A stretch of DNA of 63,186 nucleotides, filler included, from Diploschistes diacapsis (Eukaryota), in the NCBI GenBank assembly GCA_023645945.1. It is 21 parts of 21 records of this genome, joined end to end, with 100 filler letters (N's around TTAATTAATTAA, not from the genome) between each part and the next. Parts side by side here need not be neighbours in the genome. Positions count along the whole stretch, not along the records: positions 1 to 19,436 come from JALAIB010000370.1; positions 19,537 to 38,969 come from JALAIB010000371.1; 19 more parts are not named here. The stretch is one strand, 5' to 3'. The translations under genes were made by a program, and so were the position numbers. The notes beneath the pieces are model-generated. The model made no database searches. It was not told where the DNA came from and saw only the letters and a list, made by a program, of their open reading frames with translations. This document shows positions 12,859-22,927 of the stretch, piece after piece (the first letter of the stretch is position 1; the number at the start of each line of letters is the position of its first letter).

Positions 12859-13804
12859 CTAGATGGTAGCAAGGGCCAGTATCAGGCTGCTGGTGCGTCT
12901 CCGACAGGATACCCGAAGCAGAGCGTTCATGGTGGGGAGAAGGAGCAAGCTGTTGGTTCGACCTCGCGTTCCAAACTCGATGTGCATGACGATGGGAAGG
13001 ATGGAGGTCCCTGTGGATTGCTTTCTAAATCTACAATCTTTTAGCTAGCAAGGAACAGAATGCGATGCACAAAGATTGGTCTTCCCTTAATCCTATGTTT
13101 GAGAGCTCCCTGGATCAGAAGCCTGGGAGCCTAGCGTAGCGATATTGATAATAATTAATGTTATAATTAATCTGAAGCGTCTTTCGAGTTCTTCTGTAGG
13201 GAGGAAATGATAAAAGAGGTGGTTAGTGTGCAAATTATAACAGCAGACCAGAATGTTCGAGAGAGAGTTTCAAAGTATCTAAGGTTAATTTGCAACTGGT
13301 CTGGAGCATCTTTCAAGCTTTTATGTAGGGAGAAAGTGGTAAAAGAGGTGTTTGGTGTTATTGATATCGCCTCGCCTAGGTGTACATGGGTTTTTAATGC
13401 TGCTCTAAGGTATCTTTCTAATTTAACCTGCGGATTCTATGCTAAGCACGGAATCTGTTAAAGCGGCGTGCCTTAAGCTGATGCATCGTCGTCGAGACAA
13501 CGTGCATCTACAGATTATAGCGTGATGGAAATTGTATATATCAAAGATAGTCTGATTGTTATGGAGAGGTGCATTGGTCCTCATCCTGCTGTGCTTTATA
13601 AAGAAGCAACATTATACAGTAGCTTTGTTTCCATGACGCGTGTTCGTCCCGCCCCCCTTCGGGCCTGTGGCAGGATAACAACACGATATTGCTATTACAT
13701 TATCGCGTAGTCAAAGTGGGTACAAGAAATACGGAACAGAGTAGACAACATTACTTCGCAGAGCAGTAATGCACACTCAGTGAATTGAGAACGGTATACA
13801 CGGG

Positions 13805-14664
13805 ATGAACTCAACGCACTCTCCAGCTGCGGAGCTTTCACTTACTCTGAAGGACGTCGCGAAGATGATAGACCACTCCCTACTACACCCAACGATGACT
13901 GACAGTGAAATCGCAGCTGGCATCGAGCTCGCAAAGAAGTACGACGTCGCCACAGTCTGCGTCAAACCCTACTCAATCCCTCAAGCAGTCAAGCAGCTTG
14001 CCAGTACAGACGTCAAGGTAGATCTCAACAATTGGCCAATTAGGTCGAGATGTGCCCTGACCAACTCCAGGTTTGTCCAGTAATCGGCTTTCCTCACGGC
14101 AACAGTACAACGGAGGTTAAGATCTTCGAAGCGACTGGTGCTGTCGAGGCTGGCGGCGTTGAGATCGACATGGTCATCAATATAGGCAAAGTGATGTCTG
14201 GCGAATGGGCCTATGTCTACGACGAAATCCGCATGGTCAACAACGCCGTGACCTCCAAAGGCGCTATTCTCAAGGTCATCTACGAAAATGACTATCTTTC
14301 TCCCAGCCAGATTGTCGAGCTATGCAAAATTTGTAGTGACGTTGGGGTCGCTTTCATCAAGACCAGCACTGGATACGGGTTTGTGAAGCAGGCGAACGGG
14401 ATGTATAACTATAAGGGAGCGACGCTGCCGCACTTGGCGTTGATGAGAAAACATGCCAAAGACAGTGTGCAAATCAAGGCAGCAGGGGGTGTGCGGACGT
14501 TAGATGACTTGTTAAGGGTCAGAGCGCTAGGGATCAGTCGTATTGGTGCGACGGCGACGGAGGCGATAGTGGAAGAAGCAAGAAAGAGGGGGATCGGTGA
14601 CAACCCGACCACGGTGACGGTGCCAGAGTTTCCGAAAGATGCGGTGACCAGCGGAGGCTATTGA
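13805..14664 (+). CDS. deoC: Deoxyribose-phosphate aldolase (DERA), 2 exons
   Basis: IDHSLLHP, VIGFPHG, EIDMVIN, FIKTSTGYG, KAAGGVRT, RIGAT; one intron at about 14018-14070. Confidence 0.95.
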
Positions 14665-14845
14665 GAGGCACCTGCACACCAATACTTATAACTGCTAGTC
14701 AATGCTTGCAAAAGGCAGGCCGGATACTGGGTGGATTTCAAAAAACCAAAGGTATATGTCCTGTTCTTACAAAGTCCTATTAATCTATTGCCATTTAGCC
14801 AATTCGGTTACCATCTAAGTTGCTACCTACTTTACCTAAGATCTG

Positions 14846-15038
14846 GTCATATATGCTCCGAGGTCGTGGGTTCGAGCACCATATATCTGCCATGTGTCAT
14901 TTATCCGATTTCTGTCATCTATACTGCTTCTTTACAATCGTTAAGAACATCATTACCCACAATCACCTTACATTACCTAAGAAAAATATAGTCATATATG
15001 CTCGGAGGTCGTAGGTTCGAGCACCATATACTTGCCAT
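14846..15038. repeat. Two 48-bp direct repeats (14846-14893, 14991-15038), each a potential hairpin containing GGTTCGA
   Basis: gtcatatatgctccgaggtcgtgggttcgagcaccatatatctgccat versus gtcatatatgctcggaggtcgtaggttcgagcaccatatacttgccat; offset 145 bp. Confidence 0.85.
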
Positions 15039-15869
15039 ATGATTGAATTTTTGCACATCGCAACTTCCTCAGCTTATGCATTCTTTGTATAGAAGTCCCT
15101 TTGCAATGTCTATTCTTTTGGATCTTGCTCTCTCAGCTGTTTCCATAGACTTTGGCCGACGTTAATGCTCTTCTATCGATGGAAGTCTGGCGGCGAGTGG
15201 TAGACGTCGATTGCAAAGTGCTGCATCGTTTCCTAAGCATGCACATACAACTCTCGCACAACAGCGTGGAAGAGTGATTCTTTATTACAGTCTGTACCAG
15301 CCAAGACGTTCTGATACTTTCTGGCACTAGAAGTGGTAGCCTAAGCGTTGAAGGAGAATTAAAGGGTTTGTTCGTAGTTTGCAGTTGCAGATGTCTACAT
15401 TGTTGATGCTCAAAGATGAGCATAGCACGACAACAACGTACCCTTTGGCTAAGTGCGCGTGCCGCATCTGCTTGCATACGATTAAGGCAGTAACAGCCCT
15501 CTACCGAGGCATGCAAATCCTTAATAGAAAGCTCCCGTCTGCTGTCACCATGCAAGCGATTACCAAAAAGGAGGCATGACATACAGACGTGATCGAGCTG
15601 GAAGATGCAGATGGGTCCTTCAAGTCGTTGGAATGGTATAAGCAGTACCTACCTAGTATCTATGAATGCTGGCAAGGTATTTCTTCAAAGCGAACATGGA
15701 GAGCTCTTATCCTATATTGAGCAGTGAAAAGTACTAAAGTGCGTGGCTATCTAGGATCTCGCGCTGTTGCACGGTTCTCTGGAAACTTCAAAGCTATAGC
15801 TTATAAGATCATCAGGTTCTGGGTGCCACCTAAAGCATGGCCGGATAATCAAAAGGAGGATCATTCCCT

Positions 15870-16485
15870 TTGCCATTTATGTGCAGCACGCCGACGTCCT
15901 CGAACCCAACTTCTTCCTACAAAGAATAGCCCAGAGGTCCCAATAAGAGGGTTATCGCTCATTCTTTCCGCCGCGCAAGCTCCATGCCCCGTTCCAATAA
16001 CCTGGTTGCAGTACCCTGCCTGGCGAAGAAAGGTCGAGTAACGAGCTGCACCAGGCTGTGGCTCGGCTAGGACTGGCATCACAACGGCTTGAATCTGCAA
16101 GAAAGAAGTGAACCTCCGCAGATATCAGTAAAGGGCCTCCATCCCTTCAAAAACCGGGTCGGGATTGATACTCATCTATGAACATTTACCAGGAGTATCT
16201 GCAGATGCATCAACACCTGGCATCCTCCAGAGGCTTGGTCCCATGATATCAGATCTGCTCGATCCTCCAATGCCATCCACCTGCGCCATCATGATCGCTT
16301 GCCCTTCAGAGTCGGCCAGCAGTCGGCGTAGGAAGTGGTCGTCAGGAAACTCCAAACGGTAAGGGAATCGATAGTTCCATCGCGGATTAAGTGGGAAACC
16401 TTCGAGGCAGATAGCAGTGAGAGCTTCTAGGTCTGCCTCCTTAGCTGGTCGACCTACAATCAATATAATGTCAAAACTGGCTCAT
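15870..16485 (-). pseudogene. GNAT acetyltransferase pseudogene
   Basis: N-terminus RPAKEADLEAL...FPLNPRWNYRFPYRLEFPDDH. Motif A/B region reads LVTRPFFARQGTATRLLERGMELARRKE*AITLLLGPLGYSL*EEVGF, with two stops. Confidence 0.8.
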
Positions 16486-16699
16486 GCGCTATCAAGCCGA
16501 TGCTTCCCCTAGTTTGAGGTCTATTATTCAAGCTACAAAATGTCGTGTCCAGGTTGTCACTCCAATCATATTCTCTTAGTCTTGCCGGTTGGTTGACCGA
16601 GTCTCTGCTCTACTCTAGCGTACATGAATGTGGACATGACAGCTGCAGACACCATTACTGACCATACGACAGCAACTCGGACTCGATAAACACACCGTT

Positions 16700-18099
16700 T
16701 GCCTTCACTCGATCGACGAGAGCCTGGCCTGGGATAGCGGGCGTAATGAACCCCCGCTAATAGACTTAACTAGGTCCACATTGCACAACAAAGTTGCCGC
16801 TCCTTGTGTAAGATAAAGTCCAGTAATACGACGGGACCCTCCCAAATACGTGAGCTTTCCATAAGCTCTCGCAGGTCTTTCTAAATTTTCGTCGGCGATA
16901 GCGACAGCCTTGAGTTCAAATGCGCGTCTTCTTCGATTCAACTGAAATGAGTCCCTGACCGGGTGCATACACCAATCGCTTTGCTAGATTTCTGATAGAT
17001 CCAACCGTGAGCATTTTGAAAAGAAGGGCATTAGACAGTTGACTGATAACTCCTGGGAGGGTCCCAGCGCTCTGGTACTCGTTGTATTGAAAGTTATGTC
17101 TGTACTGACCATCTCCGTCGAGCAAGCCCCAGCTTCTGTGCACAATAGCTCTGTTCTGTTCTACGCCAATTGAGCTGGCTGACAGAGACCCTATAATGGG
17201 AACATGACGAACCCGAACGCATTTGTCGAAGGCGAAGTGTTTCTACCTTCGACTGGCGAAAGGTACTAAGGCTGCTGTGCTTCCTTGCGAGTCTTCGTGT
17301 CTATTAACTCGAAGCTTTCAAACACTGAGAGCAATGATCCGCCACTTGGTTGAGCGCTAGCTAAAAATGAGCGTCTATCACAAGCTCGAAGGAAGTTGTA
17401 TACTTACTACGTCTCGCAGACCGCGAGTATAACTTCCTTGGTTTTCGATGAAGCTTTTTCCAATTCCAAAGTCAGAACCCTTGCTAGAAGATCCTGCGAA
17501 GCGCTGAAATAGCCTGCTGCTGATACAAGCTTAATCTTGTCAACATAGGTAAGTATTTGCGAATACTATAGAGTATTCACCAGAGTTTTGTTCTTCTTTG
17601 CACTGTCCCCGTATTTCTCGATCATTTCCTTTGAGCCACGGTATGTCGCCGGCCCTACGAACATTAGAGCCGCTAGAAGGGCATCCCTTCTCTAGAAATG
17701 AGTGACTTACGTGTCTATGTAGTGCGTTTGCTGCGCAATATAACCCTCGATTACAACTTTGCCATACTTTAGATATGGGCCGACAACTCTGATACAGACT
17801 TTGCATGACTTAATGAGGCTCTTTACTCCTTCACCGTCAAGCTACACGGCCTCAATCGCTATATTCTCTCACTTGTTGTCATGGGGAGTTGATGCGACCG
17901 TCACTTATCCGGCTGCAATCTTTCGGTATCGATACTTTCTAGTTTCTGAGCAACCTTTGTCTAGCTTCTCTTTCGATCTCCCAGCAATAGCCCACTACAA
18001 GTTCTTCGGCAGATGCTCAGCGATATGCTCCGCTGTCAAGGCGCCTGTGTAGCCAGTCGCACCAAGCAAGACTGGGTCATAGATACAGTTTTCACCCAT
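16700..18099 (-). pseudogene. Saccharopine dehydrogenase-like oxidoreductase (SCCPDH family) pseudogene
   Basis: MGENCIYDPVLLGATGYTGALTAEHIAEHLPKNL*WAIAGRS, VCIRVVGPYLKYG, THYID, GDIPWLK, NRAIVHRSWGLLDG, APGQG; several stops and frameshifts. Confidence 0.85.
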
Positions 18100-18793
18100 C
18101 TCGACCTGCGCAACTTCACCTACCCGGAACATCTTTGGCGGCATTTCCATTTACATACCCCTGAGGTTTTCATCAGCGTCTTTATTGCTACTTTACATCT
18201 TTCATTACGTTGTATAGGATTGCACGTCGCTATCAGAGGTAAGCTTATTTGCTTTCATTACAATATCTCGCGCATATCGGCATCGGGAGGACTCTGTCTC
18301 CTTAAAGAAGGAAACGTATGGGGCCCAAAGCAATTCTTGCCCGTTTAGGCAATAAACCGGGGCAACAGTCTTGCCAGTTGGTGGTGGGTTTGGGCTTGGG
18401 CTTGGGCCTGGGCTCGTATGCTCGAGTCCGCGAGAAATGGATGAAGAAGGAGAAAAAACGTAAACATTATCATAACCATTTGGAATAGGGCAGGTCATTT
18501 GGATCAGGAAGCTTGTGTCTTTCAAGCTCCAGGTGCTCCAGAAACTTAAGAAACCAAGCTGCATTCCAGCTCATTCACTGCAACTAAAGTGCGTCATCAC
18601 AGCCTGCCCCACTATGAACTACAGCTACAGCTACCTAAGTACCTGCCTGTTTACCCCACCATATCAAGAACAGCCCTGAATGCAAGATAGGTACAGTAGT
18701 TCTAATGACGCTGCCAATAAACCCTTCAGTTTAGGAAGGAACATATCTTCATCAAGCCTTTAGTCAATTCGATTCTCGCAGAAACATTCAGCG

Positions 18794-19436
18794 ATGTCCT
18801 ATAACGACGACTATCAATCTGGTGGTGGCAGTTACGGTGGCGGAGAACGCGGCCACGGAGGAGGAGGTGGAGGCGGCTATGGAGGCAACAGCAGTGGCGG
18901 AGGCGGAGGTTACGGACGCCCCAACGATCCTTCTGAGTTCGGTGGAGGCGGACGCGGTGAGGATAATTACTATAACCAGGGCGGTGGCGGAGGGGGAGGT
19001 TACAACCAAGGAGGTGAAGGAGGCGGTTATGGCGGTGGGGGTTTCAGCCAAACCGGTGGCAGCCAATACAATGAAGGCAGCGGCAACTACGGCGGACAAC
19101 AGAACGACTTCTCTTCCGCGATGCACCACGCACAGCAGCACCATGAGCAGCAATATGGCGGCGGCCAGCCACCGAGCGGCGACGACCAGTCGCACTATGA
19201 CCACGCACTGAACCATCTGAGTCAGAACCATCAGTCCTTTGCGCAGAACAACGGTGTCGACGAACAGGCTGCTGTGAAGGCGCACCAGAGCTTTTATGGT
19301 GGTGGGGGAGGGCCACCTCCAGGCGGAAACAGTCCGGATGCGATGGGAATGGGAGCGGCGATGCAGGCGCTTAAGATGTTCACTGGTGGTGGTGGCGGTG
19401 GTGGACAACAAGGAGGTGGAGGAGGAGGAGGTGGTG
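18794..19436 (+). CDS. Gly/Gln/Tyr-rich protein (beta-flanking-protein-like), 3'-truncated by contig end
   Basis: Open frame from ATG 18794 with a low-complexity G/Y/N/Q N-terminus, then DEQAAVKAHQSFYGG and MGAAMQALKMF. Confidence 0.75.
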
Positions 19437-19536
19437 NNNNNNNNNNNNNNNNNNNNNNNNNNNNNNNNNNNNNNNNNNNNTTAATTAATTAANNNNNNNN
19501 NNNNNNNNNNNNNNNNNNNNNNNNNNNNNNNNNNNN
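19437..19536. other. Artificial contig linker (first of 20)
   Basis: 44 N + TTAATTAATTAA (stops in all six frames) + 44 N. Identical linkers start at 38970, 40247, 41523, 42799, 44075, 45351, 46627, 47902, 49177, 50452, 51726, 53000, 54274, 55548, 56822, 58096, 59370, 60643 and 61915. Confidence 0.99.
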
Positions 19537-19556
19537 CCCCTAACACTCCCCCCCAG

Positions 19557-20457
19557 AACCCCAAAGAGGCCAACGCAAACGACCTTTCCATGCTCCTCGC
19601 CAATCTCTCCAAATCCGACTCGCTCTCGCGCCTCTTCGCCGTCCGCCGATCCTGCCCCAAGCCGCTGTGCACCTCCCCACACGCCCTCTCCCAGCTCCTG
19701 GACCTCTACGCCAAAGGCTCCACGGGATCCTACAACCCGCGCGCCGACTTCGCCTACCTTGCTTACGTCTTCGCCGACCTCGCCAAGCACGGCGAGGGCG
19801 CCATGTACTTCACCACCCGGCAGCCTTACGACTCTCTGCACCCCATCTCCAAGCTCTTGCCCTTCGCGTCGCATGCCTCGCCCGTCCGCAGACTGGGCGC
19901 CGTCTCGACCCTGAAGAACATCTCCTTCTCCACCTCTGCGCACTCGGTCCTGCTCTCCCCGCCCCTCTCCGCTCTGCCCTATGTCCTCCTCCCGCTCGCT
20001 TCGGGCGCGGATAATTACAGCGACGCCGAGGAGGCGCAGCTGCCGGACGAACTGCAATTGCTCGATGCGAGCGTCAAGCGCGAACAGGATGTGGGGATCT
20101 TGAGGGTGCTGTTGGAGACGCTGCTGCTTTGGACTACGGAGAGGCGGTGGCGCGAGGAGTTGAGGGAGAAGGGGGTGTACTATGTGGTCAGGGAGTGTCA
20201 TTTGGGGGTTGTGGATGAGGTCGTCAGGGAGGATTGTGAAAGGCTGGTCAATGTTTTAATGAGGGATGAAGAGGGAGAAGAACAGGACCGGGGGAGGCGG
20301 GCAGAGGTCGTGGGCCGGGCGGAGGGGATTGAGGGCGGTGGTGGGCCGGCGGGCGAGGGCAGGATGATCATCGGATCGAGTGGAGGTGAACGGAGGAAGG
20401 TGGAAGAAGAGGAAAAGCGATGAGGATGATGATGATAAGATCGTAGAGGTGCTCTAA
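19557..20457 (+). CDS. HGH1: HGH1 (eEF2 chaperone, DUF383/DUF384), 5'-truncated; last exon
   Basis: SMLLANLSK, YLAYVFADLAK, RRLGAVSTLKN, LPYVLLPLA, LPDELQLL, KRE, CERLVNVLMRDE. Branch site and acceptor lie at 19540-19556. The expected DDDDKIVEVL* tail needs one A removed from the run at 20413-20416. Confidence 0.9.
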
Positions 20458-20493
20458 GCCTCCAGTACTTTCCAATTCCGCTGAGCTAGAACA

Positions 20494-21723
20494 TCATAGA
20501 CCAGCCAACGCCCTCGCCTCCCACCAGTGCTTCATGGCCCTCACGTCGCACCCTTCCACGCCCCACGGCCAGGGCACGTACCATTCCTTCCCCTTGCAAT
20601 CTCGCGGATAGGCCTTCAAGCTCCCTCCATCCCACTCGTGCGTAGTCACGGACCTGAACAGCGCCACAGTTCCTACCTTGGGCAAGAACTCCTCCGCGTC
20701 TACAAACACCGTCAGCTGTACCTTCTTCGACGTGCTCGGATCCATGATGCGCAAATTGCGCGAGGGCGGCAGGTCGAGGTGCGTTAGATGAGCGCGTGTG
20801 ATAATATTTGGGGAAACCTCGGTGATCACGACGAGCACATTGACGACGCGGTTGCGCAGGAGCGTCTGCGGTGGGCCGGTGATCTTCGCGAGTTGGGTAA
20901 GCGAGAGCGGCCGCGCAATGGACTGAGAGCTTCCTGGGTTTGTTTGTGTGGTTCTAGATCCGCTACGCTTGGCTTCAGGCGAAGGCTGCGTCCTGGGTCT
21001 GGCGAGAAATGAGAAGCCAGAGGTTGATCGCGTACCCGTTGCCGCGCCGGTTTTTGGATGGGTAAAGGACGATGTGGTGTTGGTGATGGTGGTGGTGGTG
21101 TCATGTTTCTGTGGCAGAACCTTCCTATTCTTCGGCTTTGATGGTGTTGGCGAAGGGCTTAGCTCACTGAAAGACCGCTTGCGGCCCCGTTCTCCATTCG
21201 GGCTCCCACGTTGATCGCTCGGAGAAAGGTCATCGCTAGATTGGAGGCCTGGAAAAATCACGTTCTTTAATTTGGAACCAGGCGTATTCTTGGTCGGAGT
21301 TTCCGCAGGTGTTCTGCTTTCTTCAAGGATGAACGAAATACCATCTCGGCCGTCGTGGTCTACCGGCTCCATATCCTCTATGGCTAAGTATAGAACTTCG
21401 CCCTGCCCATTCCGTCTCTTCGCCTTCTCAAGGCTGTACTTTGTGAGCAATACCACGGACCCATCGCGAATAGTGCGCGATGTCACGAAAGGGTGTATCT
21501 CGGGCTTCAAGACCGCTTGAATGGTGTTTTGGCCATCACTTAGCCATAGCCGATAAGCCCCGTTCTCTTCGTCGTCATCGGATCTGTAAGGCACAACATG
21601 TATTCGATCGACCAGTAACCTGATCGGATTACCGAAGAACCCTGTCCGGACTATCTCTCTAATAACCGGTCTCAGGGTGATGCTGGGTTGTTCATGCGGG
21701 GCCCTGTCTGAGGGGTCGGTCAT
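20494..21723 (-). CDS. Uncharacterised protein with two putative OB folds separated by an S/T/P-rich linker
   Basis: 409-aa single-exon ORF. N-terminal AYRLWLSDGQNTIQAVL...GSVVLLTKY resembles an RPA70N-type OB fold. C-terminal VNVLVVITEV...LRIMDPS...VQLTVF...PKVGTVALFRSV...DGGSLKAY resembles an RPA/Pot1-type OB fold. Confidence 0.75.
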   Translation of the reverse strand: MTDPSDRAPHEQPSITLRPVIREIVRTGFFGNPIRLLVDRIHVVPYRSDDDEENGAYRLWLSDGQNTIQAVLKPEIHPFVTSRTIRDGSVVLLTKYSLEKAKRRNGQGEVLYLAIEDMEPVDHDGRDGISFILEESRTPAETPTKNTPGSKLKNVIFPGLQSSDDLSPSDQRGSPNGERGRKRSFSELSPSPTPSKPKNRKVLPQKHDTTTTITNTTSSFTHPKTGAATGTRSTSGFSFLARPRTQPSPEAKRSGSRTTQTNPGSSQSIARPLSLTQLAKITGPPQTLLRNRVVNVLVVITEVSPNIITRAHLTHLDLPPSRNLRIMDPSTSKKVQLTVFVDAEEFLPKVGTVALFRSVTTHEWDGGSLKAYPRDCKGKEWYVPWPWGVEGCDVRAMKHWWEARALAGL

Positions 21724-21994
21724 GGAAGTTTACGCGTTGAACAGCTTCTGGATCCTGAACGCATGGTTGGGGGAACTAAGATGAAGTAAAGTAATTTGAC
21801 CTGTTCGCGACGTGAAGGATAGCTCTTACACATCTACCTGATGTTATCGAAAGCTGCGAGATACAGCGTATGGGATCGCTGAAACCCGAATACAAAGGAC
21901 GCGTTGATGTCACCACTTCCTTTACTATTACTACAACATACGCGTTAACGAAACCCCGCACGATTTCGGTGGCGCTTACGGAGGTCGAGTCTCG

Positions 21995-22477
21995 ATGCCT
22001 GTAGGAGAGCCTGTCTTTGCTTCTTTAGACGTTTCCCCTTATACATACCACCAATGGGCAGCTGCCAGCGGAGATATAAGTGTAAGGCGCCCCTTTCTGG
22101 TATGGCGAGAGGAATGGGAAGAACAGGCTCAGAAACTAGCCGAGAAGTTACAAAAGTTAATCGAGATAATAGCAGATTTGCCGGAAAACGTCTGTCAAGC
22201 TTGCTATCGTTATTCTGCGTCGCTCGATTTCTACGTCCGGCATCTTGATCAAATCTTGACGCTCTCGATCCGCAGCGAGGATCCAATCATCTTTAATAAA
22301 TATGTTATAAGAGACTGTAACGTCTGCCCGGAGTCTCTTTATATAGCAAAAATGACACTGCTATGCTGCGATATCATCACAAGCCCTTATGCATGCTGTA
22401 GCAAGCAGCTTCATGAAAAATCGCCACAACTGAACAGTTCTGTTGCCATCTTTATCTGCCCATCTGCCAGACGCTAG
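21995..22477 (+). CDS. Hypothetical ORF or decayed gene, divergent from the OB-fold gene
   Basis: 160-aa ORF with a helical-looking segment (EEWEEQAQKLAEKLQKLIEII). No family recognised. Confidence 0.25.
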   Translation: MPVGEPVFASLDVSPYTYHQWAAASGDISVRRPFLVWREEWEEQAQKLAEKLQKLIEIIADLPENVCQACYRYSASLDFYVRHLDQILTLSIRSEDPIIFNKYVIRDCNVCPESLYIAKMTLLCCDIITSPYACCSKQLHEKSPQLNSSVAIFICPSARR

Positions 22478-22927
22478 CACAGCGCTGAAACGATAGGTAT
22501 GTAATTGTTGTGATGAAGTTCAGAGAACCTTAAGCAATAAAAATATTTTGATCTAAGCTTCTCTACCTTGTCCACACTGCCGCTCTCTTTAAAGAAGCTT
22601 ACAAATTCCGCACCGTCAGCAGCGTACGAGGGGTGGTCTGGCCCTAGCTTTTCTTCATTGCCTGCAAGAGCCCGCAGCTACAATCCCTGCGTCCTTGTCA
22701 TGAGATAGCCTGAATAGATCAGATACGATATCTGATTTTATTTATATACATCTTGTCTCCCACCGCCCGCTTCTGGATCCCGTGCCATATACCATCATCT
22801 CCAATTTGAATTAATAATGGAGTAGCTTAGTCATTTGAGAAACCCATAGAATATAGAAACCACGTAAATTAGATATATAAGGATAAATCGCCCCAAGGTG
22901 GTGGGTGGGGATGGAGGTTTGTCTTTG

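Noticed and set aside
14846..14893. tRNA gene
   Set aside because: Only a T-arm-like motif is present; no cloverleaf could be built.
19481..19492. TTAATTAATTAA palindrome recurring about every 1.27 kb as a biological periodic motif
   Set aside because: It is always centred in 88 N and is an assembly linker.
18788..20201. Long antisense or alternative-frame ORFs here and over the WD array, RNPS1, BUD13 and CTF4
   Set aside because: They are shadow ORFs from GC-rich biased codons opposite recognisable genes, and some read through N runs.
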